A program made the translations under genes and the position numbers. Of a stretch of DNA of 58,352 nucleotides, positions 26,142-38,375 are shown piece after piece. The notes under the pieces were generated by a model. It was not told where the DNA came from, ran no database searches, and worked only from the letters and a program-made list of their open reading frames with translations. Position 1 is the first letter of the stretch, and each line of letters starts with the position of its first letter. The DNA is from Octopus bimaculoides (taxonomy: Eukaryota): contig NC_068983.1 in assembly GCF_001194135.2 (NCBI RefSeq), positions 24,405,068 to 24,463,419 on the forward strand. The letters run 5' to 3'.

Positions 26142-26252
26142 GATGGGCTCCCTTCAGTTTCCATCTACCAAATCCACTCACAAGGCTTTGGTCAGCCTGA
26201 GGCTATAGTAGAAGACACTTGCTTAAGGTGCAATGCAGTGGGACTGAACCTG
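25881..26252 (-). mobile_element. SINE family D, 5'-truncated
   Basis: Same body and tail as 15605-16003. Confidence 0.82.
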
Positions 26253-26444
26253 GATAAATACTATATTTTTGACTACATGTGGCCTTTATTATTTTTTTAA
26301 CGAAAGTACGGTGCTATTTGAGGGATATTTGGCTGCTATTTTTTTTGCAAATTTAGAGGTTCTCTCATCAGCTTGTCACTTTTATTATGTTTCTAGTGTT
26401 TAATTCAGTTTGAGTGTTAATTTTCTAATGGATCTACAATATTC

Positions 26445-27047
26445 TTTATTACCCTCACCTGAGCAAAGGCAGAGGTATTGTTTTCAGTTGTGTTTGTTTG
26501 TTTGTTTGTCCGTGGACAAGATATCTCAAGAACTGCTGGCTGGATTTGGATGAAATTTTCAGGGAAGTTTGGACTCATGACTGGCATGAACTGATTAGAT
26601 TTTGGGATTGATCTGGAACTGGACAAGGATTCTAGATTATTTGTTACATTTACTTTACCTTACATGATTACAATCTTATGTTAACTTTCAAGTCTTTCTC
26701 AGTTATCGCCTTTTAGGCTGTAACTATATTGAATGGTGAATTTGTTAACTTTGGCTTGTATTAGATAAAGATAAACTATTTATTACTGTTACTAAATTTT
26801 CTACAGCCACCTTCACATACCATGACTACCATTGGGATCGATCAGGTACCAGACAAGGATTCTGGATTGTTTTTCTGTTTTTTACTTAATTTTTGAAAGC
26901 AGTCAGATTCATTTTTAGCATTCTCATTTGTGAGAGCAGTCAAGTTTATTTCAGATATTCTCATTTTAAAAGTAATCTCTGGCTAATTGTTGAGAGAAAG
27001 TTGGTGTTGCCTTGGCAGAGGTTTGCGCTCTCTGAGTGCTCTTGCTT
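26445..27047 (+). mobile_element. Non-autonomous Helentron/DINE-1-type element
   Basis: Starts tttattaccctcacc..ggcagagg (26453-75), (GTTT)n tract, internal ~40-bp duplication (26604-43 / 26834-75), 3' ggcagagg (27014-21), stem-loop gcgctc-tct-gagtgc (27025-39), T-run. Confidence 0.6.
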
Positions 27048-27251
27048 TTTTTATGGTTTACTTGTTTCAAGCACTGGACTGTGACCATGCCTTGAAGGGT
27101 TTTAGTCAAACAGATTGCCCTTAGTACTTATTTTTTTTATATTCTGATATTTATTCTATCACTCAGTTTTGCCAAGCCAATAAAGTATGGGGTTGTAAAT
27201 GAGCTAAGACCGTTTGTCAAATGAGGGTGGTTGGGAACAAGCACAGACACA

Positions 27252-27317
<66 letters not shown>

Positions 27318-27319
27318 CA

Positions 27320-27640
27320 CACACTGGCACTCTGTCAGTTACAACAACCAGTGTTCCAGTTGATCTAGTGGAACAGCCTTCTTATGAAATTAACATGCAA
27401 GCAGCTGACCATACCACAGACACACAGACCCTTAATATAGTTCTTATGGAGATTCAGTATGACCTAGAATATGACAAGACTGGCCCTTTGATTTTACAAA
27501 TACAATTCATTTTTGCCAGCTGAGTGGACTGGAACAGTGGGAAATATAATGCCTTGCCCAGGGACAGAATGCACTGCTGGGAATCGAACTCTGGACCTTA
27601 TAATTGTGAGCTGAATATCATAACCCCTAAACCACTTGCA
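27320..27640 (-). mobile_element. SINE family E
   Basis: Same head, central domain and tail as 13455-13737. Confidence 0.75.
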
Positions 27641-28167
27641 TTCATATATATGGGAAAATCAGCTGTGAATGTTCTTTGTATAGTGTCTTTGTCTCCCTTT
27701 TCTGTCTGTTATGTTTTTGCCCAGTTTTCATCTATTTTTCCCTTCCCTGTGTAACTTTTGAAATATTCATTGCAGTGCAATGTACTCCTGCTTGTTTACT
27801 TAACTATAAGAAATATTCCGTGAATATTTGTAGTGCGACTCTTAGCTCTTTCTTCTCTCTTCTTTTGCTTTTCCCCTTCCCTCCTTAATTGCCTCCCTTG
27901 TACCCTGTCCTCTCTCCATCCCTCTCTCTTACTCTTATGCCTCTCTCTTTCCCTCCCTCATTCCTTAGTCTCTCCACCACTCTTCCTCTCTCCTACTTGT
28001 GGCTGGTGTCCAGTCAAAGCTCGTCGTTCTTTTTTGGTCTGCTGCTGACCAAACCAGACAGGTTTTGCGTTCTGCCCATCAAGGACTTTTTCCATTTCTT
28101 TGCGCTACCCCACTACATCTGTCTTGATAGGCGAATACGCTTTTTCCATGTGTGTTGTATTGTTTTA

Positions 28168-29443
28168 TTAGGTTGTCCAGAAAGTTCTAAGCATTTTTAA
28201 GCTAAATCATTTTTATGCTTCATTGAACACTCCTGAAATGTAACACAGTTAAAACTTTGGCATTGCTTGAAGTGGTAGTGCATCTCTTCTTTGTTCCTGA
28301 CTAAAAATAGATTTATCTTTCATTCCAGTTACCTTTTATTGACATTTGAAATAGATAATTGAAAATTTCATCTTTGCGTTGTAATGCTTTACTTTTTCAA
28401 AGAAGGAGAAAAGCTGCAAAGACTTGCAAAAACAGTTGCGAAGTTTGTGGTGATGATGCTGTAGGTGAATCAACTGGTTGAAGGTGGTTTGCAAAATTTA
28501 AAGCTGGAGTGTTTAGCTTGGGAGATGACAGTTGCAGTGGAAGACTTTCAAAATTGGATGAAGATGTTTTGAAGGCAAAAATCAAAGAAAACTCAAATAT
28601 CATGACTTGCAGAGGAGTTAGAAGTTTCTAAAACTATGGCTCCTGAACATCTAGTGAAGCTAGGATACATTTCTCACTATAATATATGGGTCCATCACAA
28701 ACTCTCAGAAAAAAAATTGCTTGAACTGGTATTCCATTTGTAATATGCTTTTGAAACGGAATGAAAACATACCTTTTTTGCAACAACTTGTGACTGGAGA
28801 TGAAAAAGGGATTGTGTACAAAAACATAGTACAAAAAAGATCCTGGAGTTTGCATGATGGTCCCCCAGAACAGCAAACAAAGACGAATATCCATGCCAAA
28901 AAAGCTATGCTTTGTGTTTGGTGGGATCATAAATGCATTATTTATTATGAGCTTCTCCCACAAAACCAGAGCAGTAATCCTGATGGGTACTGTCATCAGC
29001 TGGCTAATTTGAACCAAGAAATCAAAGAATTGAAGTCAGAGATTGCCAACAGCGAAGGGGTAATGTTCCAACAAGACAATGCCCAATCACATGTGTCTTT
29101 GGCTAACCAAGCAAAGTTACATGAACTTGGCTAAGATCTCTTACTCCATCCAATATATTCTCCTGATATTGTGCCATCTGACTACCAGATCTTTTTGTCG
29201 CTACAGAAATCATTTCAAGAAAAGTGCATTTAATGATTTAAATGGAGTCAAAATGCATCTAGATAACTCTTTTTCTTCAAATCCAATCAAATTTTATGCT
29301 GATGGAATATTTAAATTGCCTGATAGATGGGCAAAGGTCATTAATAATAATGGAAATTATTTTATTGAATAAAATTTATTGAAAGGTCAATTATTTATAT
29401 CTCTTTTTGCATATTAAAAAATGCTCAGAACTTTCCAGAGAAC

Positions 29444-29447
<4 letters not shown>
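28168..29447 (+). mobile_element. Full-length mariner (Tc1/mariner, DD34D) DNA transposon, decayed
   Basis: 31-bp TIRs ttaggttgtccagaaagttctaagcattttt / aaaaatgctcagaactttccagagaacctaa (4 mismatches), TA on both sides (28166-67, 29448-49), length 1280 bp. Confidence 0.95.
28345..29372 (+). pseudogene. Mariner transposase pseudogene
   Basis: Motifs RWFAKFKAG, WVHHKL (cf. WVPHEL), LVTGDEKGIVY, MLCVWWD, FQQDNAQSH, YSPDIVPSDY, GIFKLPDRWAKVINNNGNYFIE*; multiple stops and frameshifts. Confidence 0.93.
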
Positions 29448-29478
<31 letters not shown>

Positions 29479-29659
29479 AACCAACTGATGAGAAAATCAG
29501 CTGCAAATGTTCCTTGTATCATGTTTTTGTCTCCCTTTTCTGTCCGTTATGTTTTCTCCCAGTTTTCATCTATTTTTCCCTTCTCTGTCTAACTTTTGAA
29601 ACACACACACACACACATACATCTATATGACAAACTGTTATATACTTTCCACCAAATTC

Positions 29660-29860
29660 CCTCATCTGTGTTTCCTACCATGAGGTAGGTTAATCTGGAA
29701 CCCTTGACAGGAGGAGATCCAGTTTTGTTTTGAAGACACCTACATCCACATCATGCATGTTTCTCGGGCATTTTGGAAGGATATTGAAAGCTGTTTGCCT
29801 CTGAAACCCAAGCTGTTGCAGTATCTGGTTTTGTATTTTGATGGCAATAGTGGGATCTAT
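29660..29860 (-). mobile_element. CR1/L2-group LINE 3' fragment
   Basis: RYCNSLGFRGKQL / FNILPKCPRNMHDVDVGVFKTKLDLLLSRVPD*P with one frameshift; typical CR1/L2 C-terminal FN.LP...FK.KLD..L..VPD motif. Confidence 0.75.
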
Positions 29861-30069
29861 GTGTATGTGTGTGTGTGTCTTTGTGTTTGCCCCCCCCCCC
29901 CACTTGAAAGCTGGTGCTTTGGTTTGCTTGTGTTCCTATAACATAGCAGTTTGGCAAAAGAGATTGAAAGAATAAGTACCAGTCCCCAACATGTCCACAT
30001 TCCAATGTCTGAAACAAGTAAAAGATAAAAGATACTGTCTCTCTCCCTCCCATGCGTGGATGCATGCAT

Positions 30070-30111
<42 letters not shown>

Positions 30112-30884
30112 GTATGCATATATATTGAAAAGCTGGTATTTTGACAAAGCTACCATAACAGTTAACCTTTGCTTAGAACTCCATGTAAATCTATGTATGT
30201 GCAATTTTCAGATATACATTTGAATAGATTACAGAGTATATATCCAAGATCAAAAACAATTTTTGTAACCAAATCTCCTGTTATATTCTGATCTTGTGTG
30301 TTCATGTATATACATACATATAAACATACATATATGTATGTATATGTGTATGTGTGTGCATATACGTACACATACATATATATATATAGCTTTAACTTTT
30401 GAAACTTTTTCCACATATCTCAAAGATATATATGTTGGAGACATGAATCTTGGGAGCTATTATAATAGTAGATATTTCAGTAAAGCGGAGGTTAGTACAT
30501 TCCCCCAAAACAATGCATATTGATCAAATTTTTCTTTGGTGCTTAAGATTTGCAGAAAACTTAGCAGTTTGAAGCAACTTGAAGCTGAGTAAATATAGCT
30601 GCACTTTGTGTCTTGTTACAAACAGTTATTATTTGTCAATGTATTAAATGTGTGTGTGTGTGTGTGTGTATGTGTGTGTGTGTATCAATCACTGATCACT
30701 GTATCATCCAAACTACTGGATGTTGTTAAACACTGCTGGTCAGAATGCTCTTACTCACAATAATTGTAGCTTTCAAATAATGCCAGTCTGTTTTAGCCCT
30801 GTTCATTTTACTACTGAGTAAGCAGGAGCAATTTGGATCAATGCACCACCGATCTGGGAATCAAAACCACCATCTTGCAATTAC

Positions 30885-31070
30885 GACATGTGTCTTCTCT
30901 TCTTGTATTGTAACAGCATTCACGCAGGCAGGGTTAACCCAACTCTTATTGAGTTCACCACGTCATGGATCAAGGCGTCCAAACACATCTGTTGGCAGCC
31001 ATTTCTGCAGCGTATTGAAGCCATTCCCAGTTCCAATGATGAATGCCAAAGACTTAGATAAGGCGGTTTA
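30885..31070 (-). mobile_element. RTE-clade LINE extreme 3' end
   Basis: VFGIHHWNWEWLQYAAEMAANRCVW / IHDVVNSI followed by gtgaatgctgttacaatacaag, resembling RTE terminal sequence. Confidence 0.55.
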
Positions 31071-32315
31071 GTAATCTGGGAAATTATAATCTGCATGTAA
31101 CTTCAACCAGCTATGGATGAGCTGGTGGCAGGGCTTAACCACAGGTCATCCCTAATGAGCAGACCTCTGATCAAAAAAAAGCATTCCGTCAATGACCATC
31201 TTGCGTTTTTCTCGTTGTGCATTTCAGATTACATTATGCATTCTCTCTTTTTGAGCATTTATGATTACCTCATACTATGTGTCTGACCTATAGGTTTCAT
31301 TTGAGGGAAATTTGGCTGTTATTTCTAGCAGATCAAGCTACTACTTAAATGCTCGCTTGGGTTGAATAATGAATTTTGTATTTTGTATATATTTGTATGT
31401 GCATTTCTATGCCTTGTTACTAGTGTATGTATGTATAGCCAGAAACATTTGCGTGTGTATATACTTTTTGAATATGTATGTGTACATCAGTCACTTTGAT
31501 AACATATCAGTTAAAAATTGTAAAAACAATTTTCTTTTAAAAAAAGAAACAAAAAGGATGCAATATTTGTATCAGTGTTTATTAGCTTTCTTATATGTAT
31601 GTGTGTGTATATATATCTCTGCAGAGTTTATTTTGGATGTGTGTGTGTGTATTTTGCTTTTTGGGGTATGTATGTGAAAATGTGTATTAGCTGTTTTGGC
31701 ATTTCACTTGGCCAAATTATACAATGTTTTTCAAAACTACAAAAGAAAACAAAAAAAAAACAAAAAAAAAACAGGCAAAAACCAATACAGACTTAATTGC
31801 ATGATTCCTACATGGAACAAAGCATGACATTAAATTATTTAACAGCTTGTCTGCTTCAACTTAGTCCATAATTTCTATAAGTGTTGATTGCTTATTGCTG
31901 TTAAATGTGACTTTTAGTGTGTACATTGTATACATACGAGTGTGAATAGATGTAGTTGAGCATTTTCAGTTGTCATGAATAGCGCTGTTGTTTGACCACA
32001 TTCTGTTGTGTTTATTGTGAATAAACTCTCCTGTATCAATACATGCTTACATACAAAGCATATTTATTATGATCATGGTCATGGTGATGATGTTCGCCAT
32101 CATTAAGGGCAATGGATTGGAGGAATCATTAGAATGCTCTGCAGTATTTGTTCTGGTTCTTTATATTCTGAGTTCAAATCTGGTTAAGAGCAACTTCATC
32201 TTTCATCCTTTATTTAGTACTTTATTTGGTACTTTATTTAGTAGGTGGGGCCCTTCCTCTCAAAATCGTCAGCCTTGTCCCAAAATTAGAAAGTATTATT
32301 ATTATTATTGGTATT

Positions 32316-32381
<66 letters not shown>

Positions 32382-33134
32382 TTCTGAGCTCAAGTTTCGC
32401 AGACTTTAACTTTGCCTTCCGTCTTTTGACACACACACGCACACCCATACTCACCTCCCTTTTACATACAAACACACATACTCACACAGAGTTGAAACGC
32501 AGTTTGATTTTTTTTTTCACACCATAGAATTTCCATCATCCCACTACCAGTTTGCCATCACCACTTCCTTCCTTATTCATCTATCACCTCTTCCTTTCTC
32601 ATTCATATGTTGTGACAAAGAAAAACACAAGAGTATTATTATAGTAGATTATTAATCCACATTTTCATCTATCTTAATGTTCTGAATTCAAATTCCGCCG
32701 AAGTCGACTTTGACTTTCATCCCTTCTGGGTCCATAATATGAGTACCAGTTGAGCACTGGGGTTGATGTAATCGACTTACCCCCTCGCCCAAACCTGCTA
32801 GCCTTGTTCCAAAATTTGAAACCATTATTAATCAACTTTCCCTCTTCTTCCACAGTACCGATAGTATCCTATCCATTGACCTGATCAAATTTTCTCCCTC
32901 TTGCGTAAAATTTTGGTATTAGGACTAAGTTTGAAATCCTCTTCCACCTACTTATTAGTGATGAAGATTTTATATTAGGATTAGAAAGTTAGATTAGGTG
33001 CTTTATTATCTAGGATGATGTTGGATAGTATATAGTTAAAACGTTTGATACCTGTCACCTGCTGTGTCTTCATATTTCAGCAGAAATATAACAAGCGCAT
33101 ACACACACACAGACACATACACACACACATGTGC

Positions 33135-33192
<58 letters not shown>

Positions 33193-33210
33193 ATATACAG
33201 GCAATGCTTC

Positions 33211-33616
33211 TGCATGGCCAGGCAAGGCTGTGTGATAAGAAGCTTACTTTCCAACCACGTGGTTCCAGGTTCAGTCCCACTGTGTGGCACCTTGGGCAAG
33301 TGTCTTCTACTATAACCTTGGGCCAACCGAAGCCTTGTGAGTGGATTTAGTCAATAGAAACTCAAAGAAGCTAGTCATATGTGTGTGTGTGTGTCTTTGT
33401 ATCTGTGTTTGTCCCCCGCCACCACTTGACAACCGGTGTTGGTGTGTTTACATCCCCATATCTTAGCAGTTTAGTAAAAGTGACAGATAGAATAAATACC
33501 AGGCTTAAAAAAAAAAAAAAGTCCTCGGGTCGATTCATTTGACTAAAAAAATTGTTGAAGGTGGTACCCCAGCATGGCTGCAGTCTAATGACTGAAACAA
33601 GTAAAAGATAAAAGAT
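33211..33616 (+). mobile_element. SINE family D, near full length
   Basis: Head, accttgggcaagtg, internal (GT)n, tail actgaaacaagtaaaagataaaag. Confidence 0.85.
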
Positions 33617-33726
33617 ATGTTAATGTGTGTGTTTACACACACACACACACACACACACTTATATGTTGATCAGCTGTAATGCTGTGATACCACTTTATTT
33701 AATTAGCCATGGTGAAGCTCATTTAA

Positions 33727-33946
33727 CCCCTTAGTTTTTAAACTGGCCACGACTGGCCCAAATATTCTACTTGTTGTATGTTCAAACTGGCCAGATCCTG
33801 CCACTCGCACCTACCATAAAATGTCATTCTTAAAATATACAGTCATAGCATCAAAATCTCAAAGCCAAAAGATAACAGATGTTTAATTAAAAGCAATGTG
33901 AATAAATAAACATTACATTTGACAGAATAATCTGAAAGCTAAAGGG
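33727..33946 (+). mobile_element. piggyBac-type MITE
   Basis: TTAA flanks (33723-26, 33947-50); termini ccccttagt / gctaaaggg. Confidence 0.6.
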
Positions 33947-34736
33947 TTAATGAGTTGACAGCTCTCATGTATGTATGTATGTACATAAGGATGGATGGAT
34001 GGATGAACAGACGGACGGACGCATGCATAGGCCCAAGAATGGGTGTGTGGTTAAGAGGTTTGCTTTTCACTTATGTGGTTTTAGGTTCAATTTCATTGCA
34101 AGGTACTGGGAGCAACTTAAGCTAATTTTTTTCTACTAAGTCTCCACTGCAACCAAAGCTTTCTGAGTGGATTTGGCAGATGGAGACTGAAAGAACCCCA
34201 TCATATGTGTGTGTGTGTGTGTGTGTGTGGTCTTGTGTTTCATATGTGCATATTCGATTGCAAAAGTGTTGTGTATATTTATTTTAGGTCAGTCTTTTTC
34301 TGTGCATGGCATTGCATATTGTTTTACTGACATCATGTCAAGCTGATAGGTAGCACTTCAGTGATACTTTTGAGTAGCTGCTAATTATATGTGTTATATC
34401 CTCTACAAAAGAGTAACATGATTGACATTTGCGGTTGCATCTTGGGAGTTGAAGGGTTTTGCTCTTTCATTTATTTATTAGATATTTTGTAGCTATCATC
34501 TGCTCTTAGTTGTAAAAGCATAGCATTTAAAATGTGGTCTGATGTAATGGTGATGAGTTTGAGAAAGGCTACACTTCATGTTCATATGATTACCCTCTTC
34601 AAAATTACTGGAAACATATCCTTGTATAACCTTTTATGAGTATTTAAAGTGTTTATCTCTCAGGTCCTCATGGAGATATACTAGTCCTGAACTTCTAGGT
34701 TTATATGGCAGCTAACAATAATTATAAAGTTCTCAG

Positions 34737-34940
34737 GCACAGGAGTGGCTGTGTGGTAAGTAGCTTGCTTCCCAACCACATGGTCCTGGGTTCAGTCCCA
34801 CTGCGTGGCACCTTGGACAAGTGTCTTCTACTATAGCCTCAGGCCGACCAAAGCCTTGTGAGTGGATTTGGTAGATGGAAACTGAAAGAAGCCCGTCGTA
34901 TATATGTATATATATGTGTGTGTGTCTGTGTTTGTCCCCC
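34737..34940 (+). mobile_element. SINE family D (left arm of inverted pair)
   Basis: gcacaggagtggctgtgtgg..gaaagaagcccgtcg..gtttgtcccc. Confidence 0.88.
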
Positions 34941-34951
34941 TAGCATATATA

Positions 34952-35119
34952 TATATATATAATGAGCTTCTTTCAGTTTCCGTCTACCAAATCCACTCAC
35001 AAGGCTTTGGTCGGCCCGAGGCTATAGTAGAAGAACTTGCTGAAGGTGCCACACAGTGGGACTGAACCCAGAACCATGTGGTTGGTAAGCAAGCTACTTA
35101 CCACACAGCCACTCCTGCA
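34952..35119 (-). mobile_element. SINE family D (right arm of inverted pair)
   Basis: Reverse complement of 34740-34892 with about 9 differences. Confidence 0.88.
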
Positions 35120-35319
35120 CCTAATTGTTAAAATGTTTTGTGTATTATGGATGTATAGCTAATTTACTGCAGGTAAACTTTCCTGGTCTGAAGCACGGTT
35201 TTTTCATGGCCTCTGAAAAATTACCATGCCCTGCCCCAATCATTATGGACCCCAATTGAGAACCGCTGTTATAATGTATATATGTATGTATATGTGTTTA
35301 TATATGTGTGTGTGTGTGT

Positions 35320-35383
<64 letters not shown>

Positions 35384-35424
35384 ATGTATATAAGTATAAG
35401 AATGTACATATTGTATATGCACAG

Positions 35425-35815
35425 ATATACTTTTATCTTATACTTGATTCAGTCACTGGACTGCGGCCATGCTAAGGCACCACCTTGACAGGTTTAGTCA
35501 AATAAATTGACCCCGTTATTTTTTTTAAAGTCTGGTACTTATTCTATCAGTCAATTTTAGTTGAACTACCAAGTTGCCAGGATGTAAACAAACTAACACA
35601 ATTGTTAAGAGGTGGGTAGGTGACAAACATAAATGCAAACACACACACACATACATATGACAAGCTTCTTTCAGTTTCCATCTACCAGGTCCATTCACAA
35701 GGCTTTGGTTGGTCCAAATTTATAGTAGAAGACATCTGCTCAAGGTGCCATACAGTAGAACTGTATTTGGAACCATGTGGTTGGGAAGCAAGCTTCTTAC
35801 CATACAGTCATGTCT
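35425..35815 (-). mobile_element. SINE family D, older copy
   Basis: Diverged tail, body and head all recognisable. Confidence 0.75.
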
Positions 35816-36489
35816 GTGTCTATAACGAAAATTTGACAGAATTTGAACTTAGTGCTCAAAGTGTTAGGCCAAATATTGTGCTAAATTCTATCAGCCACTC
35901 TAACTGACTCTGTGTATGTTTACACAAATGTTAAATTAGGTCATTATCTTTAAGTGGGCTGAAGAATAACAGCAGAACATTTTCTGTGTTAAGAAGATAG
36001 CACAAATGAATCTCAGAGGGGAATGAATTTTTGATGATGCATCTGTAATGGCTAATATTTTTAAACTGAAATCTTGCCAGTATCAACACATTTTTGGGAG
36101 ATAGGAACCTTCCAAGAATGGTAAATTATGTATCTGTGGGTGTTGGCGGTGGTGTTATCTATAACTATTTTCTGTTTCTTTGTTAAATATTTCCTTGTTC
36201 TTACAAGTAAATCTTTATAATTTTTACTGTTCTAACCTTGTTTGTTAATCCTGATTGATAAGATCCTACGATCACAGTTGTTCTAGCCATGACCATCCAT
36301 TTATTTTCTTCCAGGTGTATTGCACCTGGGACTACTTTATCCAATATAGCTTTATGCGATTCGAGAGAGAGACACATTTACTGTTTCTAACAAGACCACT
36401 GACCACATTTAGGCTCCCTCGTTTGACCACATTTAGGTTCCCTGGTTTGCTCGGTGTTATCTTGTTTTACACTTTAGTACAATACAAAA

Positions 36490-36690
36490 AGTGGTAAGCT
36501 GGCAAAATTGGTAGTACATTGGATAAAACCTTTAGTGGCATTTCTTCAAACTCTTTACATTCTGAATTCAAATACCCTAAAGTCAGACTATGCCTATGAA
36601 ATAACTACCAGTCAGATACTGTGATTGATGGAATGGACTCCATCCCTTCACAATTACTGGCTTTGTGCCAAAATTATAAAAAAAAAAAAA
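36490..36690 (+). mobile_element. SINE family C, ~240 nt upstream of the RRM exon
   Basis: ggtaagctggcaaaattggtag..ctgaattcaaat..taccag..ggctttgtgccaaaatt. Confidence 0.65.
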
Positions 36691-36931
36691 ATTATTGTGG
36701 TGCAATATTAAGTTCCTGGTACATTAAGCCTAGTTTCAATTGTCAACTGTAACCACTTTCATTTATTCTTTGAATGCATTTGGAAATACACAAAAGAGAT
36801 AATTTCCTATTTTCCCTTCTTCAGCAATCTGAGAATTTGAGTCTATATAAGAAATTATTGCTGATTTTGTATTTTTTTTTAATTATTATTTTTGTACTTG
36901 TTATTAATGTTACCTTCGTTGTTATTTGCAG

Positions 36932-37098
36932 AAACTCTCTTGAAATACTTTAGTCGCTATGGAGAAGTTATTGACTGTATTGTGATGAAAAACAAAGACA
37001 CAGGATGCTCCAGAGGATTTGGCTTTGTTACATATAAAGACCCAAAATGCGTGGATTTAATTCTGTCTGGAGAACCGCATATCATAGATGGGAGACAG
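36932..37098 (+). CDS. DAZAP1: Internal coding exon of a DAZAP1/Hrp48(Hrb27C)-like hnRNP, RRM1 (E)TLLKYFSRYGEVIDCIVMKNKDTGCSRGFGFVTYKDPKCVDLILSGEPHIIDGRQ
   Basis: Acceptor ttatttgcAG (36930-36931), donor CAG|GTaagc (37099). 167 nt, phase 1 to phase 0, open frame, RNP1 motif RGFGFVTY. About 34/56 identities to human DAZAP1 RRM1 as recalled, which also has a 167-nt exon here; closer to DAZAP1/Hrb27C than Musashi. Flanking exons not found in the window. Confidence 0.85.
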
Positions 37099-38054
37099 GT
37101 AAGCATGCATAGTGTCTACTTTCATTGCTTGTTAGTCATTGTATTCAGGAGAATTATATTGCAGCAGTATTGATATAATGTGAAAGGATAGTAATGTATT
37201 TAGTGAATAAGTATTATGTACTTAAAGTGATAGTTGCCTAGAAGTCAAGGCAAGGTCAGGAAAAAATTTTAGAGCTAGCTAGTTAAATCAGATTTCTGAA
37301 CATTAGATATCATAAATGATGATGCATCACTGTACATGGGCATAGCGACCTAACATCATGCCAGCATGGGAAAATGGATATTATTAAACTGAGTATTATC
37401 AATCATTAATTTTTCACAACTTAATTTCCACTTTTGAATGGTACTATTACTCTTAGTCTTCAGAAATCATTTCTTTCCTTCTTTAGTTTCTCTGAATCTC
37501 AACAGCAGATTCTTCATATTCTATCTCCAGTGGTAATGGAATTTGTCGATTGCTTCTTTCTCTCTCCACCTCCATAACTTTGAGAGCTGTCATATCAGTT
37601 TAATTTATAAAACATTTTTTTAGACCAAATATGATGTGTTTGTTAATTTAAAATACTAAACCACACCCTCGACACTAGTGTTTTTTTTTGTATTTTTATT
37701 GTGGCAACGCCTATAATTTGAATATCTTTTTTTTTATGAAATTGAATTTCTTTACAATACCTCCAAAGTATTTTCATTTCATTTTCTCATTACAAAAAAA
37801 TTATTTTCACCTAGTAGTTGTGGTGTGACTTTGGAATATATGACAAAAAAAAAAAAAAAAAAAAAAAACCCCAAATGTAGCCTGTATTTCTTTCACATCA
37901 AATATACCATATTCTTGTGTGATTGAGAACCATGGCGTGCAGTGATTACTTGTGTAGATTGCAATATAGCAGATAATTAATATGCTTTGGTTCATATGAG
38001 CTTGTTGGTAGTGTCAAAAGTGGAGAAGGGCAAAATCATCAGTATTGTCTGGCC

Positions 38055-38375
38055 AGACTTGCTTGGACTCATGATTGTGGTCCTCCATCCATCTTCTATG
38101 GCATGTGATAATTCCTTTTAGTGATATCCAGCATCATGCATTAACTGAATGAACTCTGCAGAGTAACTAATGTGATTGCAAACACATATGGATGTATCCA
38201 AAGTAGGGTGTCATGAACAAGCTCCTTCTTACTTCCCCACCAGCTTCCAGGAAAGCATACCCTTCTCTCTCAAATGATGTCTGATAGCTTACAAAGCTCA
38301 TTGCATTATCTTTCCAAGACTCTTTCAAAACGGCATGAAGTATACACCTATATATGCAATCGAGCATATTTCAAA
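38055..38375 (-). mobile_element. RTE-clade LINE 3' fragment
   Basis: Frameshifted LDCIYRCILHAVLKESW / SDII*ERRVCFPGSWWGSKKELVHDTLLW / FIQLMHDAGY..AIEDGWR. Confidence 0.75.

Noticed and set aside
36892-37173. Supplied ORF as a complete 93-aa gene
   Set aside because: Its ends are intronic read-through; only 36932-37098 is exon.
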